A stretch of 15,800 bases of DNA from a bacterium (GTDB lineage: Bacteria; Margulisbacteria; Marinamargulisbacteria; GCA-2716485; JAYNIM01). The position numbers were made by a program, and so were the translations under genes. Of this stretch, positions 1 through 8,228 are shown piece by piece. The notes under the pieces were generated by a model. It was given only the letters and a program-made list of their open reading frames with translations. It was not told the DNA's origin and did not search any database. The stretch is from positions 26,894-42,693 of the forward strand of contig JAYNIM010000002.1 of assembly GCA_038109055.1 (NCBI GenBank). The letters run 5' to 3'. Position 1 is the stretch's first letter. Every line of letters starts with the position of its first letter.

Positions 1-281
1 GCGTTGGTTGCATACCTTGCAATTGCTGAGGCATAGCCTGCATCTGTTGCTGTTGTTGCTGTTGCATGGTTTGTATTTGCTGTTGCATAGCTTGCAGCTG
101 TTGCTGTTGTTGCTGTTGCATGGTTTGTATTTGCTGTTGCATAGCCTGCATCTGTTGCTGTTGCTGTTGCATGGTTTGTATTTGCTGTTGCATAGCTTGC
201 AGCTGTTTCTGCTCTTGCGTTGGTTGCATACCTTGCAATTGCTGAGGCATAGCCTGCATCTGTTGCTGTCTTGGTTGCATG
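1..281 (-). repeat. Nested coding tandem repeat (CAA/CAG-rich)
   Basis: Three 51-54 nt units encode MQQQIQTMQ6-7(M/L)QA. An exact 53-nt repeat at 1-53 and 217-269 suggests a higher-order 216-nt (72-aa) period. Confidence 0.95.
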
Positions 282-382
282 GCTACAGCTAAAGATCCTC
301 TTCTTAAACCAGCTAAGTCTGAAGCTCCCTTTAGAACTTCTTCATTAAACTTTGCTCCATTTCCAGATCCTACACTAGCCAC
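1..382 (-). CDS. Gln/Met-rich repeat protein, 5' part (runs off the left edge); not in the supplied ORF track
   Basis: The minus strand reads AAGGA (SD-like) then GTG at 382, in an open frame to position 2: MASVGSGNGAKFNEEVLKGASDLAGLRRGSLAVAMQPRQQQMQAMPQQLQGMQPTQEQKQLQAMQQQIQTMQQQQQQMQAMQQQIQTMQQQQQQQLQAMQQQIQTMQQQQQQQMQAMPQQLQGMQPT... An in-frame TAA lies 10 codons upstream. Repeat length variants are all multiples of 3. Confidence 0.8.
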   Translation of the reverse strand, partial: MASVGSGNGAKFNEEVLKGASDLAGLRRGSLAVAMQPRQQQMQAMPQQLQGMQPTQEQKQLQAMQQQIQTMQQQQQQMQAMQQQIQTMQQQQQQQLQAMQQQIQTMQQQQQQQMQAMPQQLQGMQPT

Positions 383-411
383 TACATCTTTCCTTATGAT
401 TATTTTACATT

Positions 412-488
412 AAATTATCTTATTTTTATAAAAACGTCAATTATTATCATAATTACTTAATATACCGCCCATAATTTTTTGTTTTCAA
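412..488 (-). promoter_or_regulatory. Candidate sigma70 promoters for the Gln-rich gene
   Basis: Minus strand TTGACG(440-435)-N17-TAATTT(417-412) and TTGAAA(488-483)-N18-TATATT(464-459). The region is very AT-rich, so chance matches are possible. Confidence 0.35.
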
Positions 489-681
489 CTCCAATCTTAC
501 TGCACTCCGACAAATATTTGTTAAAAAAATGTGGGTTATCTTCTTTTTCTTAATATTTACACTTAAACAAGTATTTTAATATCTAAGATTATTGAACCAC
601 ACTTTTTTATTTACCTTATGAAATAAATTTTCACTAAGCTACGCTATATAAGACCTAAATTCTTGAATTAAAAAATATATA

Positions 682-3600
682 TCAAACCCTAAAATAAGCC
701 GCTTGAGGATGCTGCAACACCAATGCCGACACCGACCCATCTGGATCCATCATATAATCATCGCATAGGTTTACCCCAATATGCTTATCAGGCGCAAACA
801 AATCCCATAATAAGCGCTGATAGGCCAAGTCTGGACAGGCTGGATAGCCAAAGGAATAACGCTTACCACGATACTGTAACTTAAACAGCTCTTCGCCCAT
901 TAGTTCTGGCGGATCTGCAAAGCCCCAAGTGGCACGCAGTTTTTGATGGGTATACTCAGCAAAGGCTTCGGCACATTCAAGCCCAATAGCATTGACAATA
1001 TGCGAAGCTAAAAACTGCTCATTTTTCTTTAACTCTTTGGCATAATCCAGTATTTCCTGACCCGATGTCACCACAAAAAAAGCAATGGTATCTACCCTGT
1101 CTGGATGAATAAAATCCGTAAGACAATACTGATAACCGCCTGGCTGTCTTGGGAAGGTAAAGCGCTGTAGTTCTGTTTTTTCGTCTTCGCTTAAAACAAT
1201 CATAGTTTCAGGCGACTTAGGATCGCGTTTCACCTTAAAAAACTGCGTCATTCCTTTCGGCTGACAGACCTTTTTGGCTATAAGTTGGGCTTTTATATCT
1301 TGTATTTGGGCGTCTAACTTCATGGCTTTGGGATTTTTCTCATCAAGTAATTTGCGTGCATTACCCTTTAAACCCAAATGATGACCATAGAGCATTTGTC
1401 TATTTATGTAAGGCCACAGTGTATCAAGGTCAGCTTCTATACATTGAACCTGATAGTGTTTTTTAGCAAGCTTTTTACTTTTAAAATCATAAGAAATTGT
1501 TTTTTCTTTAAGTTTAGCAGGTGCTTTTTTTGTGGCAGATAATTTGGTATCCGTTTGTCCGGGTTTGAAATTTTGTTGATACTGTTTAATAAAGTCCTCG
1601 CGCTTACCCGGTGTTTTATCCACCAAGTGATTCACCAAATCAAGCCCATGCATGGCATCTTTGGCATAAACAACCAAACCATCATACTCGGGCTGAATTT
1701 TATTGCTGGTAAAATTTTGAGTTAATGCAGCCCCTCCCACCAAAACAGGAATATCAATTCCTGCAGCTTTAAAATCCTTAACGGTTCCTACCATCTGCTG
1801 AGCCGATTTAACCAAGAGCCCCGACATCCCAATCACATCTGGCTTATGTTCTTTGGCGGCGGCAATCAGGGTTTCGGGCGGACATTTAATGCCTAAATCA
1901 ACGACCTTATAGCCATTATTAGACATAATAATATTGACTAAATTTTTACCAATATCATGGACATCGCCCTTAACTGTGGCAAGCACCATGGTGCCTTTTA
2001 AACTCATATCCCCTTTTTCCATTTTGGGTTCTAAATACGCAACTGCTGCTTTCATAACTTCTGCTGATTGCAAAACTTCCGCCACAATCAGTTCGTTATC
2101 ATTAAATAACTTGCCCACAATATCCATACCCGCCATCAGCGGAATATTAATCACATCCAAGGGTTTGTATTTTTTTAGTGCTTCATCTAAATTTTCAATG
2201 AGTTTTTCTTTGGTTCCTTCGACAATATTATATTCAAGCCGTTTTTCAACACTTAAATGAGACTGATCAACGGCTGTTTTCTCCACTGTTTTTTTACCTC
2301 TAAAATAGGCGGTGAAGTTGGCTACCGGATCATTGCCATTTTCGGTGCGATACCATAACAGATCATCACATAATTTTTTTTCTTCTTCTGTAATGGATGA
2401 AAAACGCACCAGTTTTTCTGAATTCACAATGGCTGTATCAAGCCCTGCTTTGACACAATGATGCAGGAATACCGAATTTAGAACTTCGCGTCCTGCATTG
2501 GGCAAACCAAAAGACACATTTGAAATGCCTAAGGTTGTACGTACTTTGGGATATTTTTGCTTAATTAAGCGCACGCCTTCAATGGTTTCAAAGCCTGAGC
2601 CAAAATAATTTTCATCGCCTGTTCCGCATGGAAACACCAATGGATCAAAGATAATATCTTCTTGAGCAATACCGTATTTTTGCGTTAATAAATCGTATGA
2701 ATGAATCGCAACTTTTAGTTTATCTGCCGCAGTGACGGCCATTTCACCTTCTATACAGCCCACAACAACAGCCGCCCCATATTTTTTCACCAAGGGCAAT
2801 AACTCTTCAAAGGATTTTTCGCCTTCTTCTAAATTAACCGAATTTAAAATACATTTTCCTTGAGTGAGTTTAAAGGCCTCTTCCACCACCTCGGGAACTT
2901 GAGAATCGATCATTAAAGGAGCCTTGGTCATTTTAGTCACTTTATTTAAAAAAGCGATCATGTCTTTCACTTCATCTCGATCTGGATTTGATAAACAGAC
3001 ATCAATAATATGCGCCCCAGCCTTGACTTGTTTTCGGGCAATTTCTGCCGCCTCATCAAACTGTTCAGCCTCGATCATTTGCTTAAATTTACGAGACCCA
3101 ATCACGTTGGTGCGTTCTCCAACAATATAAGGTCCATCATTGTCTGTCATCACCAAGGTTTCAATGCCTGAAATTCGTGATACACGCTGTGTGTTATTTT
3201 CACGAACAGCTTTATCTTTGGCTATATTTGCCAAAGCGGCAATGTGCTTGGGCGTGGTCCCGCAACAACCGCCCACCATATTGACCCATTTTTCATCAAT
3301 AAAAGACGCTAAAATACCTGCTAAGGCCTCTGGTCCTTCAGGATACACCCCTTCTTCATCCGGAATACCCGCATTGGGCACTACGGATACCGGAAAGGCC
3401 GAAATCTGTGAAAGTGTGCGGATATGATCGCGCATAAACTCGGGCCCTGTCGCACAATTAAGACCAATATAAAGCGGATTCATGTGTTCGACTGAGGTAT
3501 AAAAGGCTTCGACTGCCTGGCCGGCTAGCATGGTACCCATGGTTTCGATGGTACCTGAAATTGCAATGGGAATACTTGTTTTCAATTCACTAAAGGCGCG

Positions 3601-4143
3601 CAAAATGCCTGTATAACCTGCTTTTAAATTAAGGGTATCAAGCGCTGTTTCTAATAATAAAAAATCAGCCCCGGCTGCTACCAATGCTTTGGCTTGCTGG
3701 TAAAAAGAAAAAGCTAATTCATCAAAAGAAATCCCCCCTGTCACTGATAAAGCCTTCGTGGTAGGACCCATCGCCCCTGCCACAAAGCGGGGCTTTTCAG
3801 GGGTACTGTATTTATCACAGGCCGCACGGGCAAGCTGTACGGCTTTGGTGTTAATTTCCTCGACCAAGTCTTCCAGACCATATTCACCCAATACAAAGTT
3901 AGCTCCCCCAAAGGTATTGGTTTCTATAATATCAGCCCCCGCTTCTAAATAAGCTTCATGAACATCTTGGATGACATCTGGCCGAGTACGAACCAAGTTT
4001 TCATTACAGCCATCAAAAGCCTCACCACCAAAATCCTCTGGGCTTAAGTCGCGCTCTTGAAGAGCTGTGCCCATGGCACCGTCAAGGACAACAATTTTGT
4101 TTTTGAAAATATGGGTAATGTTATTGTTCATTTTTTTAGACAT
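682..4143 (-). CDS. metH: B12-dependent methionine synthase
   Basis: 1153 aa with all four modules: Hcy/Zn domain (LDGAMGT, LNCATGP, GGCCGT), pterin-binding domain (GERTNVIGS), cobalamin-binding motif (VKGDVHDIGKN, MSGLL) and SAM reactivation domain (RYSFGYPACPDL). The start could be the fifth codon (MNNN). Confidence 0.98.
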   Translation of the reverse strand: MSKKMNNNITHIFKNKIVVLDGAMGTALQERDLSPEDFGGEAFDGCNENLVRTRPDVIQDVHEAYLEAGADIIETNTFGGANFVLGEYGLEDLVEEINTKAVQLARAACDKYSTPEKPRFVAGAMGPTTKALSVTGGISFDELAFSFYQQAKALVAAGADFLLLETALDTLNLKAGYTGILRAFSELKTSIPIAISGTIETMGTMLAGQAVEAFYTSVEHMNPLYIGLNCATGPEFMRDHIRTLSQISAFPVSVVPNAGIPDEEGVYPEGPEALAGILASFIDEKWVNMVGGCCGTTPKHIAALANIAKDKAVRENNTQRVSRISGIETLVMTDNDGPYIVGERTNVIGSRKFKQMIEAEQFDEAAEIARKQVKAGAHIIDVCLSNPDRDEVKDMIAFLNKVTKMTKAPLMIDSQVPEVVEEAFKLTQGKCILNSVNLEEGEKSFEELLPLVKKYGAAVVVGCIEGEMAVTAADKLKVAIHSYDLLTQKYGIAQEDIIFDPLVFPCGTGDENYFGSGFETIEGVRLIKQKYPKVRTTLGISNVSFGLPNAGREVLNSVFLHHCVKAGLDTAIVNSEKLVRFSSITEEEKKLCDDLLWYRTENGNDPVANFTAYFRGKKTVEKTAVDQSHLSVEKRLEYNIVEGTKEKLIENLDEALKKYKPLDVINIPLMAGMDIVGKLFNDNELIVAEVLQSAEVMKAAVAYLEPKMEKGDMSLKGTMVLATVKGDVHDIGKNLVNIIMSNNGYKVVDLGIKCPPETLIAAAKEHKPDVIGMSGLLVKSAQQMVGTVKDFKAAGIDIPVLVGGAALTQNFTSNKIQPEYDGLVVYAKDAMHGLDLVNHLVDKTPGKREDFIKQYQQNFKPGQTDTKLSATKKAPAKLKEKTISYDFKSKKLAKKHYQVQCIEADLDTLWPYINRQMLYGHHLGLKGNARKLLDEKNPKAMKLDAQIQDIKAQLIAKKVCQPKGMTQFFKVKRDPKSPETMIVLSEDEKTELQRFTFPRQPGGYQYCLTDFIHPDRVDTIAFFVVTSGQEILDYAKELKKNEQFLASHIVNAIGLECAEAFAEYTHQKLRATWGFADPPELMGEELFKLQYRGKRYSFGYPACPDLAYQRLLWDLFAPDKHIGVNLCDDYMMDPDGSVSALVLQHPQAAYFRV

Positions 4144-4343
4144 ATTTATGCATATTAGTATAGCGGAAATACGTTTAGATGATTAGAGAGCCCCTAGATA
4201 AAAACTAAAAAACATAATACCTAACATGAGATAACCCCACCAACACGTCATTCCTATATGTTTGTCTTCTAAAAACAACCCCCTTAAATAAATTAGCCCC
4301 TAGCATATTTAAAAAACTGCAAGCATCAATTTTTACATGAAAG

Positions 4344-4538
4344 CTATGTTAACCTTGGTCTCTTACCTCTCCCTTGATCACCAGAGTTTACTTGATCACC
4401 AGAGCTTACTTGATCACCAGAGTTTATTCGTGTCTGTAAAGCATCATTTTCTATTCTCAATTGTTCAATAATCTTCGACATAAAATTAGCTGCACACCCT
4501 CGTACCGAAGAATCCATAGATTCCCTACACAAGCTCAC
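4344..4538 (-). CDS. Small hypothetical protein with (N/S)SGDQV repeats; start uncertain, possibly a frameshifted remnant
   Basis: 64-aa ORF with a coiled-coil-like segment, three in-frame 18-nt repeats and a basic tail. The frame stays open upstream to 4613 without an ATG. Confidence 0.4.
   Translation of the reverse strand: MSLCRESMDSSVRGCAANFMSKIIEQLRIENDALQTRINSGDQVSSGDQVNSGDQGRGKRPRLT
4373..4426. repeat. 3 x 18-nt direct tandem repeat
   Basis: CTTGATCACCAGAG(T/C)TTA at 4373-4390, 4391-4408 and 4409-4426, with no spacers. Confidence 0.95.
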
Positions 4539-4734
4539 TAAACTTTCTTGATATTGTTTCTGAACTAATTCCTTTAGTATATAAGCGCGTGTATTGGCTT
4601 TAGCCGCATATACCTAAAATAATAGGTATTAAACCCAAAAATTAACTAAAAATAAAAATTAGTTAAAATAACGGAATAAATGCAACAAATATCAATAGAA
4701 AAACCTTCTTCTCAACTTAAAACTAAAGATAGTG

Positions 4735-4740
4735 TATAAT
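4735..4740 (+). promoter_or_regulatory. -10 box, probable leaderless promoter
   Basis: Perfect TATAAT 7 nt before ATG 4748; no SD; no convincing -35. Confidence 0.5.
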
Positions 4741-4747
4741 AGAAAAA

Positions 4748-5155
4748 ATGATCCTGTACTATGCACGTTTATTTTTACTCACCTTCATCGTCTTTTTTAG
4801 CATTGATATACTGTGGCTAGGCTTTATTGCACGTCGTTTATACCTGTATTTTTTAGGCCCCTTGTTAAGAGATCCTGTTAATTGGACCGCGGCTATACTC
4901 TTTTACATCTTATTTATCATCGGCCTGATTATTTTTGCCATAGAACCCGCCCTAAAACAACACTCGGTCACAAACGCTTTTATCAAAGGCGCCCTCTTCG
5001 GCTTCTTTACCTATATGACCTACGACCTTACAAACTTAGCCGTATTAAAAGACTGGCCAGTCGGGGTTGTCCTTATTGATATTTTATGGGGAACCATTCT
5101 CTGTTCCCTAGTCAGTGGCGTAAGCGTCTATATTTATTTAGCAATAAGCTCTTAA
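4748..5155 (+). CDS. DUF2177 family membrane protein
   Basis: 135 aa with about 4 hydrophobic segments. Motifs typical of DUF2177: IDILWLG, AAILFY, GALFGFFTYMTYDLTNLAVLKDWP, IDILWG. Confidence 0.88.
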   Translation: MILYYARLFLLTFIVFFSIDILWLGFIARRLYLYFLGPLLRDPVNWTAAILFYILFIIGLIIFAIEPALKQHSVTNAFIKGALFGFFTYMTYDLTNLAVLKDWPVGVVLIDILWGTILCSLVSGVSVYIYLAISS

Positions 5156-5159
5156 ACCA

Positions 5160-5741
5160 CTAACGAAACTCTAACGAGTTCAATGATCCCTCTTCGACAA
5201 AACAAACCTTTACAAATTGCAATTGACTCTTTTCAACAACAGGAGACAACTCAACCTTGCGACGGATTTTACCAAGACAAGAAAGTTCATCCCATAGAGG
5301 TTGCCCAGCAAATATCAAAGCCGTCCTCAAAGAAACATGAAAAACCTTCCATTCATCACTATCTTCTTTTAATTCACGCAATAGTTGATCACCAGAAGAA
5401 AAATGACAGTTATGAAACTGTACATCTACTAGTGGTTTTAGGCCTCGTTTACAAGAAACAGTCACATCAAGATGAAGTCGTGAATCCTTTTCTGGAGAAA
5501 AACATTTTATAGGCAAACCAGACAAAGTATCCGATTCAGAATTTCCCCCTTTACCTTGAACAAATACGTGAAATTTAAGAGAACCTACCAATGCACTATG
5601 AACCGATAAAGAACTTTTTCTAAAAGTGTCCCATCTTCCCACTCCTAAAGGTCCTCTCGAAACACCTCTTGGAAAACGTATAGAATTCACTAAAGGACTT
5701 AAAGGGCCTCCATAAATTACACCATTAAGTACTGAAAACAT
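5160..5741 (-). CDS. Hypothetical protein (193 aa from ATG 5741; the track gives TTG 5777)
   Basis: Long open frame with T/G-rich codon usage like the other minus-strand genes, converging on the DUF2177 gene with a 4-nt gap. No recognisable motif. The 12 codons upstream of ATG 5741 are low-complexity promoter-like DNA. Confidence 0.6.
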   Translation of the reverse strand: MFSVLNGVIYGGPLSPLVNSIRFPRGVSRGPLGVGRWDTFRKSSLSVHSALVGSLKFHVFVQGKGGNSESDTLSGLPIKCFSPEKDSRLHLDVTVSCKRGLKPLVDVQFHNCHFSSGDQLLRELKEDSDEWKVFHVSLRTALIFAGQPLWDELSCLGKIRRKVELSPVVEKSQLQFVKVCFVEEGSLNSLEFR

Positions 5742-5790
5742 GTAAAAAAAATACCATACAAAATAAAAAAGACACAATTAAACCCTAAAA

Positions 5791-5820
5791 TTGACAAACA
5801 ACTCTTTTTTAAGATAGCGT
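5791..5820 (+). promoter_or_regulatory. Sigma70 promoter for the riboswitch/btuB operon
   Basis: Perfect TTGACA (5791-5796), N18, TAGCGT (5815-5820). The predicted start at about 5826-5828 lies just before the riboswitch P1. Confidence 0.6.
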
Positions 5821-5830
5821 GTAAAATCAT

Positions 5831-5987
5831 TAACTAAGGTAGGGAAATTGGGTGTAAACCCCAGCTGGCCCGCAACCGTGTAGCAGATTGATGAATGATG
5901 CAAGCATCAAAACTGTGTAGTCGGAATGCCTACGTAAGTTAGATAAAAAATAATAAACCTTTCACTTCGTGGAAAAAGTTTAGGAGG
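5831..5987 (+). ncRNA. Cobalamin riboswitch, short class-II-like, probably controlling translation
   Basis: Core GGTAGGGAA-(T-loop hairpin TGGGTGTAAACCCCA)-GCTGGCCCGCAACCGTG...AGTCGGAATGCCTAC, closed by TAACT/AGTTA. The downstream P13 hairpin (5954-5982) has loop TTCGTGG able to kiss L5 CCGCAA and abuts the SD AGGAGG (5982-5987). It lies directly upstream of a BtuB-like gene. Confidence 0.9.
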
Positions 5988-5996
5988 TAGTTACGT

Positions 5997-8195
5997 ATGC
6001 TATATACGAACACAGCGTGTTGTTATACACGTATCAAAAAATGGGGGATCACAGCACTCATCCCAACCTTGTTGGCACTGCCAGTACAGGCCCAATCTCA
6101 GGCTGATTTTAAGCAAGCCTTAAAGAAAAAACAGCAGGCCATTGGTCAACAAAAGGTAAGTTTTACGGTAAAAGAATTGGAAGCCTTGGGAGTGCAAACC
6201 ATTGGAGAATCCATGGATGTTCTCACAAAGTTGGTTAATCCAGAGGCCGATGTCGATCAACAATCCGCATCTAGCAAACAAGTAAGCGGCGAAAATGGCG
6301 CTGATGTAACTGCGATCTTGTCTACCTTACGTTTAGATGACATTGATCGTATTGAAATTTCACGTGACGGTGAAAAAATTAAGTATCATGTCTCACGGGC
6401 AATTAGCAAAGATGGCGTAACGGCTACCTTTAGCTTTAGTATTATCGATGAACGCTTTAAACAATCAACGTTGGACCCTGTTGTAACGACGGCTACTAAA
6501 GTACCCCTGCGTCGTAGTGAGGTTGGGGATGTAATTCGGGTTCTCGAGGGTAAAGAATTAGAAACATTAGGGGTTACATCAGTAGAAGAGGCCCTCGCTT
6601 TAATAGGTGATGCAAGTATGTCTATAGGGAGCAACGAGAGCATATTTTTTAGAGGTTCGCACTCTGGCGCCACAAACGTTCTTTATAACGGCATTGATTT
6701 AAAAAACGTATCAGGAACAAATGGTGCACCTTTATTTAGACTAATCTCATTACAAGAGATTGACCGCATTGAAGTTATCTCTGGCTCTAGTAGCACCATA
6801 CAAGGGTCCAATTCATTAGGGGGTGTGATTAATATCATTTCCAAAGAAAATGATCATTCAAGTTTTGTACAAAGCCAGTTTGGTCCCGATCAGGTTGAAA
6901 CATCTGTCAGAGCGAGCAAGCAAATAGGTAACAGTAATATATATGTATTGGGTTCAAAACGTTATAACAACCAATTGTCAGCAAAAGCGGATAATACTGA
7001 AAGAGATCCTTTGGACAGACAGTCTTTAACGCTTGGAATAACTGATCAAAATTTAGGAATAGGGAAAGTCTCTGGTTTTATTTCTAAGATTGATGAAAAA
7101 ATTAATTTTGATGAAGGTGCCGATCACGCAGGCGTAAGTAAAATAAATAATGTATTAGCATCTATGCATTATCACCTGAGTGTATACCCTTATTCAAAAA
7201 CATCCCTTAGATGGTCATTTAATCAATCTGATCGTGAGTATTTTAATAAAGGCGTGAAAGGTAGAACATATCAAGGCTATTTATCGCAGCTAGATCTTAA
7301 TCACTTTGTATGTCTAAAAAACCAGCAAACGTTTTTATTAGGCCTAAACTATGGAACTGAAAAAGCAAGTTATAGCCACCCAATTTATACGATGGACAAT
7401 TTCAATGACAAAACAATGACACATACTGGTATTTACAGCCAATACAGATGGATCAATCCGCTGTTATCAACTCAACTTGGTGCACGCTATGAACACAATA
7501 ATCAATTGAAAGATGATCATGTATCTACTTATGATATATCGCTTTTCCGACAGATTCCGATTATGCAGAGTCTTCTAAAAATAACGCATAAAACAGGCAT
7601 AAGAACACCCTCCTTATATGAAGTAGCAAACAAAAAAATAGGCCTTGATGTAGAGGCAGAAAAATCTCATACAAATGAGGTTTCACTTGAGAAAAAACTT
7701 AATTCAGCAATCCTATACATGACATATTTTGAGACTAAATTAACAAATAAAATAGCCTATGATGATGGCAAATATTTTAACGTTAAATCATCTAAACAAC
7801 ATGGCCTAGTATATGGGACTGAACTTAAAAATGTAGGCCCCCTCAGCTTTATCAAGCTATCACGTAGTCATATTACAGCAAGAGACAACCAAGAGAGCGA
7901 ACAAAGCTTGCAAGTACCAGAAATAAAAACAGTGTTAACGACAGGAGTAAAAAAAGACAAGTGGACACTAGGTGCTTTATTTATTCATGAAAGTAAAAAA
8001 AGAGGATATATTGGCTGGAATATAGGTAATATACCTTCATATCATTATATCGATCTAAATCTGCAGTATCAGTTTAATAAAAAATTAACCATACATAGTA
8101 AAGTTCATAATGTTCTTGATGAAAGCTATCAAACAGTTGCTGGCTATAATGAACCCGGCCGTACACTCTACCTCGGGGCAAAATACTACTTCTAA
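5997..8195 (+). CDS. btuB: TonB-dependent outer-membrane receptor, probable cobalamin transporter (BtuB-like) with an N-terminal extension
   Basis: Signal peptide ending about VQA|Q (aa 32), TonB box TLDPVVTTATK (aa 158-168), plug motifs (FFRG, NVLYNG, IDRIEVISG, GGVINII) and barrel C-terminus NVLDESY...PGRTLYLGAKYYF. SD AGGAGG. B12 specificity is inferred from the riboswitch. Confidence 0.88.
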   Translation: MLYTNTACCYTRIKKWGITALIPTLLALPVQAQSQADFKQALKKKQQAIGQQKVSFTVKELEALGVQTIGESMDVLTKLVNPEADVDQQSASSKQVSGENGADVTAILSTLRLDDIDRIEISRDGEKIKYHVSRAISKDGVTATFSFSIIDERFKQSTLDPVVTTATKVPLRRSEVGDVIRVLEGKELETLGVTSVEEALALIGDASMSIGSNESIFFRGSHSGATNVLYNGIDLKNVSGTNGAPLFRLISLQEIDRIEVISGSSSTIQGSNSLGGVINIISKENDHSSFVQSQFGPDQVETSVRASKQIGNSNIYVLGSKRYNNQLSAKADNTERDPLDRQSLTLGITDQNLGIGKVSGFISKIDEKINFDEGADHAGVSKINNVLASMHYHLSVYPYSKTSLRWSFNQSDREYFNKGVKGRTYQGYLSQLDLNHFVCLKNQQTFLLGLNYGTEKASYSHPIYTMDNFNDKTMTHTGIYSQYRWINPLLSTQLGARYEHNNQLKDDHVSTYDISLFRQIPIMQSLLKITHKTGIRTPSLYEVANKKIGLDVEAEKSHTNEVSLEKKLNSAILYMTYFETKLTNKIAYDDGKYFNVKSSKQHGLVYGTELKNVGPLSFIKLSRSHITARDNQESEQSLQVPEIKTVLTTGVKKDKWTLGALFIHESKKRGYIGWNIGNIPSYHYIDLNLQYQFNKKLTIHSKVHNVLDESYQTVAGYNEPGRTLYLGAKYYF

Positions 8196-8228
8196 GCTAG
8201 CCCAAGCCCAGAGATTCAGCTAAGATAA

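Noticed and set aside
8..292. + strand Leu/His-rich 94-aa ORF
   Set aside because: Antisense shadow of the CAA/CAG Gln repeat. The minus frame has an SD, a start codon and a unique N-terminus.
1934..3952. Four + strand ORFs inside metH
   Set aside because: Antisense shadows of a conserved gene, with no motifs.
4144..4343. SAM or other riboswitch upstream of metH
   Set aside because: No S-box or B12 core motifs seen, and a -10-like hexamer lies close to the start codon.
4373..4426. 18-nt repeats as a CRISPR array or iterons
   Set aside because: Head-to-tail with no spacers, only three copies, in frame with an ORF, and no cas or rep genes nearby.
4882..5512. ORFs 4882-5079 and 5183-5512
   Set aside because: Alternative-frame or antisense overlaps of better-supported ORFs.
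6386..6673. - strand ORF inside btuB
   Set aside because: Antisense shadow.
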